DNA of 64,000 nt. It comes from Minisyncoccota bacterium (GTDB lineage: Bacteria > Patescibacteriota > Minisyncoccia > Phycocordibacterales > UBA9973). The notes under the pieces are model-generated. The model saw only the letters and a program-made list of their open reading frames with translations. It did no database searches and was not told the origin of the DNA. The stretch's first letter is position 1, and each line of letters opens with the position of its first letter. Of the stretch, positions 1-9,382 are shown piece by piece. Position numbers and translations under genes: made by a program. The DNA is taken from positions 1,627 through 65,626 of the forward strand of contig JBAZYS010000002.1 of NCBI GenBank assembly GCA_041659205.1, in the 5' to 3' direction.

Positions 1-993
1 TAATACCGTCTGCGCTTCTTTTCCTGTGACACCAAGAGAACCAAAAACATCGGCTAGAATAAGGTGATTGTCAGTGCCTCCACCAATCATGCGAACTTTA
101 TTTTTGTGGAAAACTTTTTCCATTGCTTTCGCATTTTTTAATATCTGTTTTGCATACTTTTTATATTTTGGTGTCATTGCTTCTCCGAAAGCTACAGCCT
201 TCGCAGCAATGGTATGCATATGAGGGCCACCCTGGATACCTGGGAAAATAGATTTATCAATTTTCTTTGCTATCTCTTCGTTCTCTCTTGTAAGAATTAT
301 TCCTCCGCGTGGGCCACGCAAGGTCTTGTGGGTAGTAGAAGTGATAATATCGAAACCATCATCAAAAGGATTACGTAATGCACCAGCTCCTATGAGCCCT
401 GCTATGTGTGCCATGTCTGCCATAGTTATTGCCCCAACCTCATGTGCTATCTCTACAAATTTCTTATAGTTCAAAGATCGTGAATAAGCAGAAAAGCCAG
501 CAATAATTAATTTTGGTTTATTTTCCAACGCGACTTTTCGCATATCCTCATAATCAATCTCCCCTGTATCAGGGTCTTTCATTTTATAAGTTACGAATTT
601 ATAAATCTTTGCAGGAAGAGTCATCGGATGCCCATGAGTAAGGTGCCCTCCATGAGACAAGTCCATACCGAGCACTGTATCTCCTGGTTGCAACAATGCT
701 GCATAAACAGCAAGGTTCGCAGGAGCACCAGAGTGAGGCTGAACATTCGCAAACTTACATTTAAATAATTTACAAACGCGTTCGATAGCGAGCCTCTCAA
801 CAGCGTCCGTAAAATCCTGCCCGCCATAGTAGCGACGGCCTGGGTAGCCTTCGGAATATTTATTTGTGAAAACAGAACCATTAGCCTTCAAAACATCTTC
901 GGAAACATAGTTCTCGGAAGGTATCAATTCCAACCCTTCTTTCTGCCTCTTTTCCTCACTTTTAATTAGTTTTTCTATTAGTTTATCTCGCAT
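1..993 (-). CDS. glyA: Serine hydroxymethyltransferase; N-terminal ~330 aa only, C-terminus lies beyond the window start
   Basis: Manual translation of the minus strand from the ATG at 993 gives MRDKLIEKL...PSENYVSEDVLKANGSV...SGAPANLAVYAALLQPGDTVLGMDLSHGGHLTHG...TTHKTLRGPRGG, which are SHMT PLP-site motifs. It is missing from the ORF track because it has no stop in the window. Confidence 0.85.
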   Translation of the reverse strand, partial: MRDKLIEKLIKSEEKRQKEGLELIPSENYVSEDVLKANGSVFTNKYSEGYPGRRYYGGQDFTDAVERLAIERVCKLFKCKFANVQPHSGAPANLAVYAALLQPGDTVLGMDLSHGGHLTHGHPMTLPAKIYKFVTYKMKDPDTGEIDYEDMRKVALENKPKLIIAGFSAYSRSLNYKKFVEIAHEVGAITMADMAHIAGLIGAGALRNPFDDGFDIITSTTHKTLRGPRGGIILTRENEEIAKKIDKSIFPGIQGGPHMHTIAAKAVAFGEAMTPKYKKYAKQILKNAKAMEKVFHKNKVRMIGGGTDNHLILADVFGSLGVTGKEAQTVL

Positions 994-1862
994 GGCAATA
1001 TTGTATCACATTTAATAACTATCGTACCTAATAGGTCAGTTCTCAAAACTTTTAGGCCAAATTGAGACAGTGTATCTAGAGTTTCTTTGTGCGGGTGGCC
1101 GTATTTATTATCTTTACCATCAGAAATAAGTGCATAACTAGGAGAAACAGCTTTTACAAATTCTCTAGATGTAGCAGTGCGTGAGCCATGATGCCCAACT
1201 TTTAAAATATTACTCTGGAGTTGCGTTGGTGAATTTTCAGAAAGAATTATTTGTTCAGTTTTTATTGGCGCATCACCTGTCAGCATTATCGATGTTTTAC
1301 CATAACTCAGACGCGCTACCACAGACCCATCATTCGTCGCCCAAGAAGATACGTCTCGATCAGGAAATAGAATATCAATTATCACCCCACCACCCATATC
1401 TAACTTCATTCCCCTTTTTACTAAAATATCAGGAATATTTTGCCTCTTCATTTCATCTCTGAGGCTCTGGTATGTTTTTGAGTCAGTTAAAGTGCCAGAT
1501 TCAAAGACTCGACCTACTTTGTAATTTTTTAAAATGTCCATTATCCCTCCGATGTGATCTGCATCTGGGTTTGTAATAACTACTGCATCAATACTTTTAT
1601 CAAATGGAGACATAACTCGAGAAAGTGAACCTAAAACTTTGCGGGGTGGCCCAGCGTCAAACATAATTTGTGCGCCCGTTGGGGATTCTATAAAAAGGCC
1701 ATCGCCTTGACCAATATCAAGCATTGCAAAGGTAAGTAATCTGTGAGAATTTTTAAAATCTATGCAAAAAAGAAAAATATTTGCTACTAAAAGCAAAAAA
1801 ACAATAAAAAACAGGCTATATTTTCTCTGTTTTTCTAACATGATATACTTATAGTATATCAA
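978..1862 (-). CDS. Membrane-anchored metallo-beta-lactamase-fold protein resembling the ComEC/Rec2 C-terminal domain
   Basis: N-terminal TM segment, then MBL motifs (NPDADHIGG, KVGHHGSRTA). The start is preceded by TATACTataagtatatcATG, a -10 box with no SD. Confidence 0.6.
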   Translation of the reverse strand: MIYYKYIMLEKQRKYSLFFIVFLLLVANIFLFCIDFKNSHRLLTFAMLDIGQGDGLFIESPTGAQIMFDAGPPRKVLGSLSRVMSPFDKSIDAVVITNPDADHIGGIMDILKNYKVGRVFESGTLTDSKTYQSLRDEMKRQNIPDILVKRGMKLDMGGGVIIDILFPDRDVSSWATNDGSVVARLSYGKTSIMLTGDAPIKTEQIILSENSPTQLQSNILKVGHHGSRTATSREFVKAVSPSYALISDGKDNKYGHPHKETLDTLSQFGLKVLRTDLLGTIVIKCDTILPCEIN

Positions 1863-1904
1863 TTAACTTGCTTTGACATAAGTCGGAGTGAAAATAAAAA
1901 CATT

Positions 1905-2510
1905 ATGAAAAAATTTGAAGAAAAAAAGTTTAACATAGGAGAATTAAAGGGTATTTCAACCAAGAATATCGAAGAACATTTGAAGCTATATGCTGGGTAT
2001 GTGAAAAATACAAATGGAGTAATAGAAAAAATAAGCGCTCTAAGCGAAGGGATGTTTAAAAATGGAGAAGACAATGCATATTTAATTGCTGAACTTTTCC
2101 GACGTTTTTCTTTTGAGTATAACGGAATGCGAAATCATGAAATTTATTTTTCTTCCCTTTCCGATGGGCCAAAAACGCTCAACCCTGAAAGTAAGCTAGC
2201 TAAAAAGATAAATGAGGATTGTATGTCTCTCGAAATATTTTTGATGGGTTTCAAAAACATAGCAATGACTCGCGGAGTAGGCTGGGCTGTACTTTGGTAT
2301 GACAAAAAAGACAACAGGCTCTTAGCTTCCTGGATAGATGAACAACATCTTGGTCAGCTAAATGGCGCGACACCGATTCTTATGCTTGATATGTGGGAAC
2401 ATGCTTTCGTTTCGGACTATCAACCAAGTGGTAAAAAACAATATGTTGAGGACTTTTTTGAAAATCTCAACTGGGAAGTTGTTGAAGAAAATTTCAAAAA
2501 CGCAATCTAA
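1905..2510 (+). CDS. sodA: Fe/Mn superoxide dismutase
   Basis: 201 aa with an SOD-like N-terminus (LKGISTKNIEEHLKLYAGYV) and a C-terminal DMWEHAF metal-site motif. Confidence 0.75.
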   Translation: MKKFEEKKFNIGELKGISTKNIEEHLKLYAGYVKNTNGVIEKISALSEGMFKNGEDNAYLIAELFRRFSFEYNGMRNHEIYFSSLSDGPKTLNPESKLAKKINEDCMSLEIFLMGFKNIAMTRGVGWAVLWYDKKDNRLLASWIDEQHLGQLNGATPILMLDMWEHAFVSDYQPSGKKQYVEDFFENLNWEVVEENFKNAI

Positions 2511-2588
2511 AAAATCTAGAATAATATTTCTAAAAACTCTTCCTCGTCATAACTTTTACTCAACACGCATAATTTTCTACTGAAAATT

Positions 2589-2650
2589 TGCTACGCTCGG
2601 CTACCCGCCTGCGCAATGTTTCTTAAAAGTTACGACTTCAACGAGTTTTT
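2589..2650 (+). repeat. About 60 nt element (TTGCTNCGCTCGGCTACCCGCCTGCGCAA...CAACGAGTTTT), copy 1; an inverted copy lies at 54993-55053
   Basis: A 22-mer, gctcggctacccgcctgcgcaa, has its exact reverse complement at 55033-55054 with similar flanks. Both copies sit immediately 3' of a gene in sense orientation (sodA, murI). Confidence 0.6.
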
Positions 2651-2663
2651 GGTTTTGAAATAT

Positions 2664-2746
2664 AACTTTTGGAGGGGGTTTTGAGGCTGGCGAGTCGAAA
2701 ACTTCAGGGTTTTTTAAGCTTCAAAAAATCCGTACCCGAAAAAAGT
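2664..2746 (+). repeat. Structured intergenic element, copy 1 of the 85-nt family
   Basis: AACTTTTGGAGGGGGTTTTGAG-[GGCTGGCGAGTC]-GAAAACTTCAG-[GGTTTTTTAAGCTTCAAAAAATCC]-GTACCCGAAAAAAGTT; shares its conserved single-stranded blocks and covarying stems with the six other copies. Confidence 0.7.
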
Positions 2747-2773
2747 TGATATTTCAAATAAAAAAAACTACTC

Positions 2774-4255
2774 TTAAAAAGAGTTTTTTATGTTTCTCCA
2801 AAAAAGTTTGTAAATAAAATAGGCGTAAATAATTAACGTGAGGAAAAGTGGAAAATCTGGGAAAGAAAAAGCTGCAAAGGGCAGACGTGAGAAAAAGCTA
2901 ATCACACTGAGCTCGTAATGTAAAAATAAATACGAAACATAACCAAAAGGTATAGCAAATACATAATAAATAAGTCCTGCAAAGCCGGTGATAAAACCAA
3001 GCATCATCGTAAATGGAATAAACGGAAGAATTAAAACATTTGCAGGTAAAGCTACAAGCGATAAATTCCCCATTTTATAAAGAATAAAAGGAAAGACGAA
3101 AACATAAGCAGCAGAGGTGACAGAAACAATATCTCGTAATTGGAAACGCTCAGGTACCCACATAAAATATTTCTCAATTCTTGGGGCGAGGAATATCACA
3201 GCAACTGTCGCGATAAAGGAAAGCTGAAAAGATACATCATACACAAGCAAAAAAGGGTTAAGAACAATCATAGATACACCAGCAAGGATAAGAGCCCGCG
3301 CAACATCATAATTTCTACCAGTCGCGCGGGCAATAAGCGCAAGCGTTGCCATTGTCCCCGCCCGAATAGCTGTAGAGCTTCCCCCAGTCATTAAAATAAA
3401 CAATATAATTGCTAAAATACCCATTCCAATACTAAAATTTAATGAAACGAAAGATATTCGAGCAAATAATTTCATAAACCATTCAGCAACAATCGTCACA
3501 TTATATCCAGACAAAGCAACGATATGTATCGTTCCAGTATTTACAAAACTTTGTCTCAGGGACTGATCGAAGGAAGACTTTTCCCCTAGGATAAGCCCAC
3601 CCATAAGCAAACTCTCGGGTCCCGTTATAGCCAAATTCATTTTCTCTAAAAACTTTTCTTTAGCAAAAAACAAAGCACCTTGAATTTTATTGCCATTCCC
3701 CCGAGAAACAATCTCAACTTTGGGATAACTCATCACGTATAAAATTCCATCTTTGCGAAGGTAATTTATATAATCAAACTCTTTACCAGTATCTGTAATA
3801 AAATTCTCTGGCTTTTTTAAAACACCTGTAAAATTTATCTCATCTCCATATTTGTAACTTTCATCCAAACTAGTTGATAACAAAATCTCAGTTTTTACGA
3901 AGGGCCGACCTTCGTAAGCTACTTCTACAGTTAATTGCTGATTGTTTTCTTTAATACTTGGCTCATCTACAATCTCTCCTCTTAAAGCAACTTTTTGCCC
4001 AACATGGGACTCAAAAACCGCTGGGCTCTCAACATCCACCATATTAAATCGAAAAATTCCTAAACAAAAAGTTAAAATAAAAATAGAAATTAATATTCCC
4101 CAATTATTTTTCGAAATGAGAGTAAAAAACAAGAGCAAGGCTAAGCAAATTATGAGAAGTAAAACAACAAAATATAAATTTACAAATAAAAAAGAGCGTA
4201 TTAACACTCCCAATAAAAACCCAAAACAAATTGTATAAAAAACTTTATCCCGCAT
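2774..4255 (-). CDS. comEC: ComEC/Rec2-like competence membrane protein; membrane channel part only
   Basis: 493 aa polytopic membrane protein with a competence-domain-like core and a long extracytoplasmic N-terminal segment. The MBL-domain half is a separate gene at 978-1862. Confidence 0.6.
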   Translation of the reverse strand: MRDKVFYTICFGFLLGVLIRSFLFVNLYFVVLLLIICLALLLFFTLISKNNWGILISIFILTFCLGIFRFNMVDVESPAVFESHVGQKVALRGEIVDEPSIKENNQQLTVEVAYEGRPFVKTEILLSTSLDESYKYGDEINFTGVLKKPENFITDTGKEFDYINYLRKDGILYVMSYPKVEIVSRGNGNKIQGALFFAKEKFLEKMNLAITGPESLLMGGLILGEKSSFDQSLRQSFVNTGTIHIVALSGYNVTIVAEWFMKLFARISFVSLNFSIGMGILAIILFILMTGGSSTAIRAGTMATLALIARATGRNYDVARALILAGVSMIVLNPFLLVYDVSFQLSFIATVAVIFLAPRIEKYFMWVPERFQLRDIVSVTSAAYVFVFPFILYKMGNLSLVALPANVLILPFIPFTMMLGFITGFAGLIYYVFAIPFGYVSYLFLHYELSVISFFSRLPFAAFSFPDFPLFLTLIIYAYFIYKLFWRNIKNSF

Positions 4256-4829
4256 TTAAAACCTCATTAATTTTCTTAATTACTTCAGGTGCATTAACGT
4301 CTTCTAACTCCATATAAAAACCTTCTTTATTTTCAGCATATTCAACCTTTTTAAAACCAAACGATTCGGCAATGCTAATCGATGTTGCATTAGTAGCTTT
4401 TACCCCAAGCATAACTTTTTTCCCTCCTCGCCTTTGTATCTCTTCTAAACGTGTTGCAAGTATTTTTTTTCCGACTCCTCCTCGAGAATCGGGTTTTACA
4501 TACCCAGAATAAATGTACCAATCCCCCTTTTCCTCTCTTCTCTTTGCAAGACCTATTCCAATAGGCTTAGAATCACTCCAAGCCAATACACCAAATGCAC
4601 TATCCCCAGATAATTTTTCTTTCCATTCATTCTCACTCTCAGCTTCCTCCTCTTTAATTATTTCTTCCCTTCCTTCTCTTGTAATTCCAAACATTTCTGC
4701 ATCATCACCTTTACACATTATGACTCTCAACTCTTTACAGACCATCCAATCATCTGACTTAGCTATTTCTACTCTTACCTCCAACTTTTCTTGGTTAGAT
4801 TGTTTATTTTTAAAAGGATTCTCTGCCAT
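4245..4829 (-). CDS. GNAT family N-acetyltransferase
   Basis: 194 aa; the C-terminal half has an acetyl-CoA-binding-like RRGGKKVMLGV motif followed by a GNAT beta-strand pattern. Confidence 0.5.
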   Translation of the reverse strand: MAENPFKNKQSNQEKLEVRVEIAKSDDWMVCKELRVIMCKGDDAEMFGITREGREEIIKEEEAESENEWKEKLSGDSAFGVLAWSDSKPIGIGLAKRREEKGDWYIYSGYVKPDSRGGVGKKILATRLEEIQRRGGKKVMLGVKATNATSISIAESFGFKKVEYAENKEGFYMELEDVNAPEVIKKINEVLNAG

Positions 4830-4833
4830 AGAT

Positions 4834-5319
4834 TTATTTTTTATTTTTAAGCTCTACTGGATCATCGTCGGCAAAACTGGTGGCGATAATGTCTGCTCGT
4901 TCATTGTATTTGTCTCCGTTGTGACCTTTTACATAAGTCCATTTGGGTTTAAATTCTTCCGTAAGGGTGAAAAGCTCTTCCCAAAGTTCTTTATTCATAA
5001 CAGGTTTCTTGGCAGCATTGCGCCAATTATTTCTTTGCCAATTAAAAATCCATTCAGTGATTCCCAAAATTACATATTTTGAATCTGAAACAATCTCTAT
5101 GTGTGCGTTTATTTTGCCTGCCTGCGCAGACAGGTGTTTCTTGAGATATTTTAAGGCTCCTATTGGTGCAGAGAGTTCCATTTGATTATTCGTAGCATGA
5201 CATTCTCTTCCTCCAATTTCGAAATGTTCTTTACCATAAAGAAATACAGCGCCCCATCCAGCAGGCCCTGGATTACCCTTTGCCGCACCATCGGTATAGA
5301 TTTGGATTTTGTGCTCCAT
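4834..5319 (-). CDS. rnhA: Ribonuclease HI
   Basis: MEHKIQIYTDGAAKGNPGPAGWG...TNNQMEL...VSDSKYV...KGHNGDKYNERAD: RNase H catalytic DEDD pattern. Confidence 0.8.
   Translation of the reverse strand: MEHKIQIYTDGAAKGNPGPAGWGAVFLYGKEHFEIGGRECHATNNQMELSAPIGALKYLKKHLSAQAGKINAHIEIVSDSKYVILGITEWIFNWQRNNWRNAAKKPVMNKELWEELFTLTEEFKPKWTYVKGHNGDKYNERADIIATSFADDDPVELKNKK
5117..5134. repeat. GC-rich palindrome CCTGCCTGCGCAGACAGG, a member of a dispersed family, lying inside rnhA
   Basis: Near-perfect 18 bp palindrome in an AT-rich gene. It encodes SAQAG in frame. Related copies are at 36735-36754, 58288-58305, 2603-2616 and 55033-55046. Confidence 0.6.
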
Positions 5320-5321
5320 AT

Positions 5322-7055
5322 TTATAGTATATCAACTATTCTTAATCTTAGCTCTTCCCTGCCTCGAAACCTTGATAAATCAAAAGTGGTTAATAAATTT
5401 ACATTAATACCTTCAGCTAAAGTCTTTCCAAAAGAATCATGATTAGAAAAAAAAGAAATTGCCGTGGCTTTATGCTTATTTATATCTGAAAATTGAATTT
5501 CCAAATGCTCCCCAGATCCATTTTTACCAAACTTTTTTATTTTCTCAATTTTCACATTATCAAAAAGAAAAACGGGTTTCGAATTCCCGAGGCCAAAAGG
5601 AGCAAGCTTTTCTATTTCTCGCCAATTTTTCATATTTACGATACTTAAATCAGACTTCACGTCATAAGTTATTTCATCTTTTATAATATCCCTTTTCACT
5701 TTATGATAAGAAAGAGACAAGGCTTCTTCTAAGAAATGAATCTTCTCATTGTGCACAGTAAAACCTCCTGCAAGCTCATGTCCACCGAAATCGATAAATG
5801 ATTCAGAAGTTTCTGTCATTAGTTCTACGACTGACACAGAGCCATTACTACGGCAAGAACCCTTGATACAATCATTTTCGTCCTTTCCCCAAACAAAAAC
5901 GGGTTTCTTGTATTCATCAGAAATTTCCCCCGCCACTAAGCCTAAAATACCGACTCGCCAGCTTGGGTTACCTATTACTATCACTTCCTTCATTTCCCTC
6001 TCTTCAAATTTTTTATTCACTTCACGCATAATACTCTTCACAATGGTTTTTCTGTCGTCATTTATTTTTGATAAATGATCTGCGAGTATTCCAGCCTCTA
6101 CGTCATCATTCGTAGAAAGGAGTTCATAAGCCCGCATCGGGTCATCCATTCGAGATGCGGCATTCAAGCGCGGAGCAATCATAAAACCAATGTCATCCTC
6201 TGCTAAATATTTCTGCTCAATTTTCATTTTCGCAAGAAGTTTCTGCAATCCTGGGCGTGGAGACTTTCGTAAAACTTTCATCCCGAAATAAACCATCGCC
6301 CTATTTTCACCCGTGAGTGGAACCATATCAGAAAGCGTGGCAAGTCCTGCCATGTCGAGCATCCATTTTTCCTGCCCATCTTTTATTTTGAAATACTCTC
6401 CATACTTTTTTATAAAACCTTGTGCAAGTTTAAAAGCGACACCTGCCCCACAGAGCATCTTTTCACTATATTCATCTACTTTTGGATTCAAAATCGCATA
6501 AGCCCGAGGTAAAACTGCATGGGGAATGTGGTGATCAGTAATTATTACATCAATACCATCAACTTCTGCTTGAGCTACTTCTTCCACTGCCGTAATACCC
6601 AAATCAATAGTTATTAATAATTTCACCCCGTTTTTTGCAAACTGTTTTATCGCATCTAAATTTAGTCCATACCCTTCAGAGTTTCTCTGAGGAATATAAA
6701 CCTCATAATTTTTATATTTCAATAACTTAAACAAATCATTTAAAATAACCGCTCCAGGAATACCATCACAATCATAGTCAGCATAGATAACTATCTTCTC
6801 CTTTGCTTCCATTGCTTCAAATATTCGCACACAAGCGCGCTCCATATCCTTCATTTGGAAGGGGTCATTGAAATCTCTTGCATAGTCTGGGTTCAAAAAA
6901 ATCTCAGCATCTGCCGAGTTAGTAATGCCTCTTTTTTCTAACAATATCCGTAATAATTCCCCATACTTTTGCATGAATTGAATTTTAACATAAATAGAGT
7001 ACAATATAGAAAGTTTTTTGAAATATGAATTTTGAAGGGGTTTCGAGCCCGACAA
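5322..7055 (-). CDS. recJ: Single-stranded-DNA-specific exonuclease RecJ; the true start is possibly the internal Met near 6973
   Basis: DHH family motifs (DYDCDGIPGA, DHHIPH) and a DHHA1-like C-terminal region. Confidence 0.8.
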   Translation of the reverse strand: MSGSKPLQNSYFKKLSILYSIYVKIQFMQKYGELLRILLEKRGITNSADAEIFLNPDYARDFNDPFQMKDMERACVRIFEAMEAKEKIVIYADYDCDGIPGAVILNDLFKLLKYKNYEVYIPQRNSEGYGLNLDAIKQFAKNGVKLLITIDLGITAVEEVAQAEVDGIDVIITDHHIPHAVLPRAYAILNPKVDEYSEKMLCGAGVAFKLAQGFIKKYGEYFKIKDGQEKWMLDMAGLATLSDMVPLTGENRAMVYFGMKVLRKSPRPGLQKLLAKMKIEQKYLAEDDIGFMIAPRLNAASRMDDPMRAYELLSTNDDVEAGILADHLSKINDDRKTIVKSIMREVNKKFEEREMKEVIVIGNPSWRVGILGLVAGEISDEYKKPVFVWGKDENDCIKGSCRSNGSVSVVELMTETSESFIDFGGHELAGGFTVHNEKIHFLEEALSLSYHKVKRDIIKDEITYDVKSDLSIVNMKNWREIEKLAPFGLGNSKPVFLFDNVKIEKIKKFGKNGSGEHLEIQFSDINKHKATAISFFSNHDSFGKTLAEGINVNLLTTFDLSRFRGREELRLRIVDIL

Positions 7056-7107
7056 GGCGAGAACTTCAGGACCTTTTACGCTTCAAAAGGTCCGTACCGA
7101 AAAAATT
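7028..7107 (+). repeat. Structured intergenic element, copy 2
   Basis: AATTTTGAAGGGGGTTTCGAG-[CCCGACAAGGC]-GAGAACTTCAG-[GACCTTTTACGCTTCAAAAGGTCC]-GTACCGAAAAAATT. Its P3 stem carries compensatory CC/GG changes relative to other copies. Confidence 0.7.
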
Positions 7108-7126
7108 TATATTTAAAAAACTTTAT

Positions 7127-7519
7127 ATGAACGATTGTATTTTTTGTAAAATTTCAAACGGAGAAATTCCAAAAGAGTTTGTTTATCAAGATGAAAAATT
7201 TTTGGTTTTTCTTGATATCAAACCAGTCACGAACGGGCATCTAATAATAATTCCCCGAAAACATATTGTCTGGATGCAAGAAGCAGAGGATGAAACAATT
7301 TCTGAAATATTTAAACTAACAAAAAAACTAATGCTTGTGTTAAAAAAGGCATTTACTTGTGACTATGTGCAAGAAACTGTAGTGGGCAATGAGGTCCCAC
7401 ATTTTCATATCCATTTAATACCAAGATACAAGGATGACAATTTACCCAATCTCCCAACAAAAACTTACAAAGAAAAAGAAGAAAAAGAGGTTCTAGAAAA
7501 AATTACCCAAGTGCTTTAA
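7127..7519 (+). CDS. HIT-family (histidine triad) hydrolase
   Basis: The C-terminus has the HFHIHLIP histidine triad. The ORF-track start at 7025 would read through repeat copy 2, so the Met at 7127 (MNDCIFCKISNGEIPKEF) is preferred. Confidence 0.75.
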   Translation: MNDCIFCKISNGEIPKEFVYQDEKFLVFLDIKPVTNGHLIIIPRKHIVWMQEAEDETISEIFKLTKKLMLVLKKAFTCDYVQETVVGNEVPHFHIHLIPRYKDDNLPNLPTKTYKEKEEKEVLEKITQVL

Positions 7520-8618
7520 TCCCCGGCAGTGTTCCACTTGCCAGAAAATCAAGCGTCGCTCCTCCCCCAGTAGAAACAAAAGAAAATTTGTTTTCGATTT
7601 TAAGCTTAGTTATCAAAACAACAGTATCTCCACCTCCGACAATACTTTCAGCCCTTGAAGCTGCAACGAGTTTTAATATTTTTTTAGTACCCTCGGCTCC
7701 ACCATCTTCATATCTACCAAGCGGTCCATTCCAAAGAATAAATTTTGCATTTTTTATTAATGTCTCTATCCTTTTTACTGTTTTCTCACCAATATCTAAA
7801 ATGGTCTCATCTTTTTTAACCTCTTCGGCCTTTACGGTAATCAATTTATTCCCTGACTTCACCGTTAAATCAATCGGTAAAATTAATTTTTTATTTTTTA
7901 ATAATTTTGAAATACCATAATTTGTATCACCTACAAGAGATTGTCCAACTTCATACCCTTTCGCTTTTAAAAAATCATCCGCTAATGCTCCACCAACGAA
8001 AACATGATCTGCCAGCTTTAGATACTTATTAATTAAAGGCATTTTGGTGGAAAACTTCGCGCCACCTAAAATAAATAAAAATGGGTGTTTTGTATTTTTA
8101 AATGCATGAGACAAATTTTCAACTTCTTTTTCTAACTGAAAACCAGCAAACCCTGGCAAAAGCTTCGGCAAAAGGACTATAGAAGCATCTTCTCTATGAG
8201 AAACAGGGAAAGCATCGTTAATATATATATCTGCCAATTTTGCTAACTCCCCGGCAAAAATTTTACTGCAAGCTTGTTCCCCTTTATTATTTCTCAAATT
8301 TTCCAGCAAAACAACTTCTCCATTTTTCATCTCTCCAACAATTTTTTGAACCTTTAAACCAATTATTTCAGGCACAAATTTATTTTTTATATATTTATTT
8401 AATACTTTTGAAACTGGAAGCAGAGTTTCACCGCCTTTACCAAGGTGAGCAATTAGAACTACCCTTGCACCACTTTTTTGGAGAAATTTAATAGTGGGTA
8501 GTGTTTTAATGATTCTAAAATCATCTACAACTTTCCCATTCTTTATTGGAAGATTAAAATCTACTCGTAAAAGTACAGTTTTTCCTTTTAAATTTTTTAT
8601 TTGCCTAATGTTTCGCAT
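7503..8618 (-). CDS. pgk: Phosphoglycerate kinase
   Basis: 371 aa; N-terminal KTVLLRVDFNLP and the overall PGK layout. Confidence 0.85.
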   Translation of the reverse strand: MRNIRQIKNLKGKTVLLRVDFNLPIKNGKVVDDFRIIKTLPTIKFLQKSGARVVLIAHLGKGGETLLPVSKVLNKYIKNKFVPEIIGLKVQKIVGEMKNGEVVLLENLRNNKGEQACSKIFAGELAKLADIYINDAFPVSHREDASIVLLPKLLPGFAGFQLEKEVENLSHAFKNTKHPFLFILGGAKFSTKMPLINKYLKLADHVFVGGALADDFLKAKGYEVGQSLVGDTNYGISKLLKNKKLILPIDLTVKSGNKLITVKAEEVKKDETILDIGEKTVKRIETLIKNAKFILWNGPLGRYEDGGAEGTKKILKLVAASRAESIVGGGDTVVLITKLKIENKFSFVSTGGGATLDFLASGTLPGIKALG

Positions 8619-9379
8619 ATTCTTACAATTTCTAAAAACTTTTTTGGGTCAAGTGATGCCCTTCCTGCAAGGAGCCCCTCAATACTTCCATTTTTTAAAA
8701 AACTCTCTGCATCTTTTTCATTCACTGAACCCCCATAAACAATTCTCATTTGAGTTACTTCTGGCCCAAACTTATCAGACAAAACTTTTCGGATAAAAAT
8801 AACCATCTCTCTACAGTCGTCTGGAGTAGCATCTTTGCGGTCTATTGTTGTAGAAATCGCCCAAATTGGCTCATAAGCAATAATTATTTTTGATATACTT
8901 ATCTTAGAAATACCAGACAAACATTCTTCGAGTTGAACTTTAACTAAATTAAAATAACCATGATTTTCATCACGAACACTTTCACCCACACACAATATTG
9001 GAATAAGGCCTGAAGCAAGCGCACCTTTAATTTTCTTATTTATTTCAATATTACTCTCCCCCATCGCTCGTCTTTCGGAATGTCCTAAGATGACATACTT
9101 AGCTCCCATATCATAAAGCATCCCCGTTGAAACTTCTCCCGTAAAAGCACCAACGTCTCCAGGATAAGCATCTTGAGCTCCTAATGATATTTTTTTAGAT
9201 ATTTTTTTTAATTTTTCTATATATATAAACGGTGTACAAGCAACTACTTCTGTTTTTTTAAGACTAGAGATACCTTTTGCAATACTAGAAAATAACTTTT
9301 CTGCTTCTTTTAACGACCTCGGATTCATCTTCCAATTACCTATAATTATATTTTTTCTCATGTTCGTATAGTATAACAC
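8597..9379 (-). CDS. tpiA: Triosephosphate isomerase
   Basis: IIIGNWKMN...ILGHSERR...AYEPIWAIST...YGGS motifs. The 3' end overlaps the pgk start by 22 nt. Confidence 0.85.
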   Translation of the reverse strand: MLYYTNMRKNIIIGNWKMNPRSLKEAEKLFSSIAKGISSLKKTEVVACTPFIYIEKLKKISKKISLGAQDAYPGDVGAFTGEVSTGMLYDMGAKYVILGHSERRAMGESNIEINKKIKGALASGLIPILCVGESVRDENHGYFNLVKVQLEECLSGISKISISKIIIAYEPIWAISTTIDRKDATPDDCREMVIFIRKVLSDKFGPEVTQMRIVYGGSVNEKDAESFLKNGSIEGLLAGRASLDPKKFLEIVRICETLGK

Positions 9380-9382
9380 AAG

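Noticed and set aside
621-881. ORF-track 86 aa minus-strand ORF at 621-881
   Set aside because: It is a wrong-frame fragment inside glyA. The correct frame, starting at ATG 993, runs off the window edge and was therefore not listed in the ORF track.
4513-5082. 189 aa + strand ORF spanning the GNAT/rnhA junction
   Set aside because: It is antisense to two motif-supported genes, Ser/Leu/Phe-rich and without domain features.
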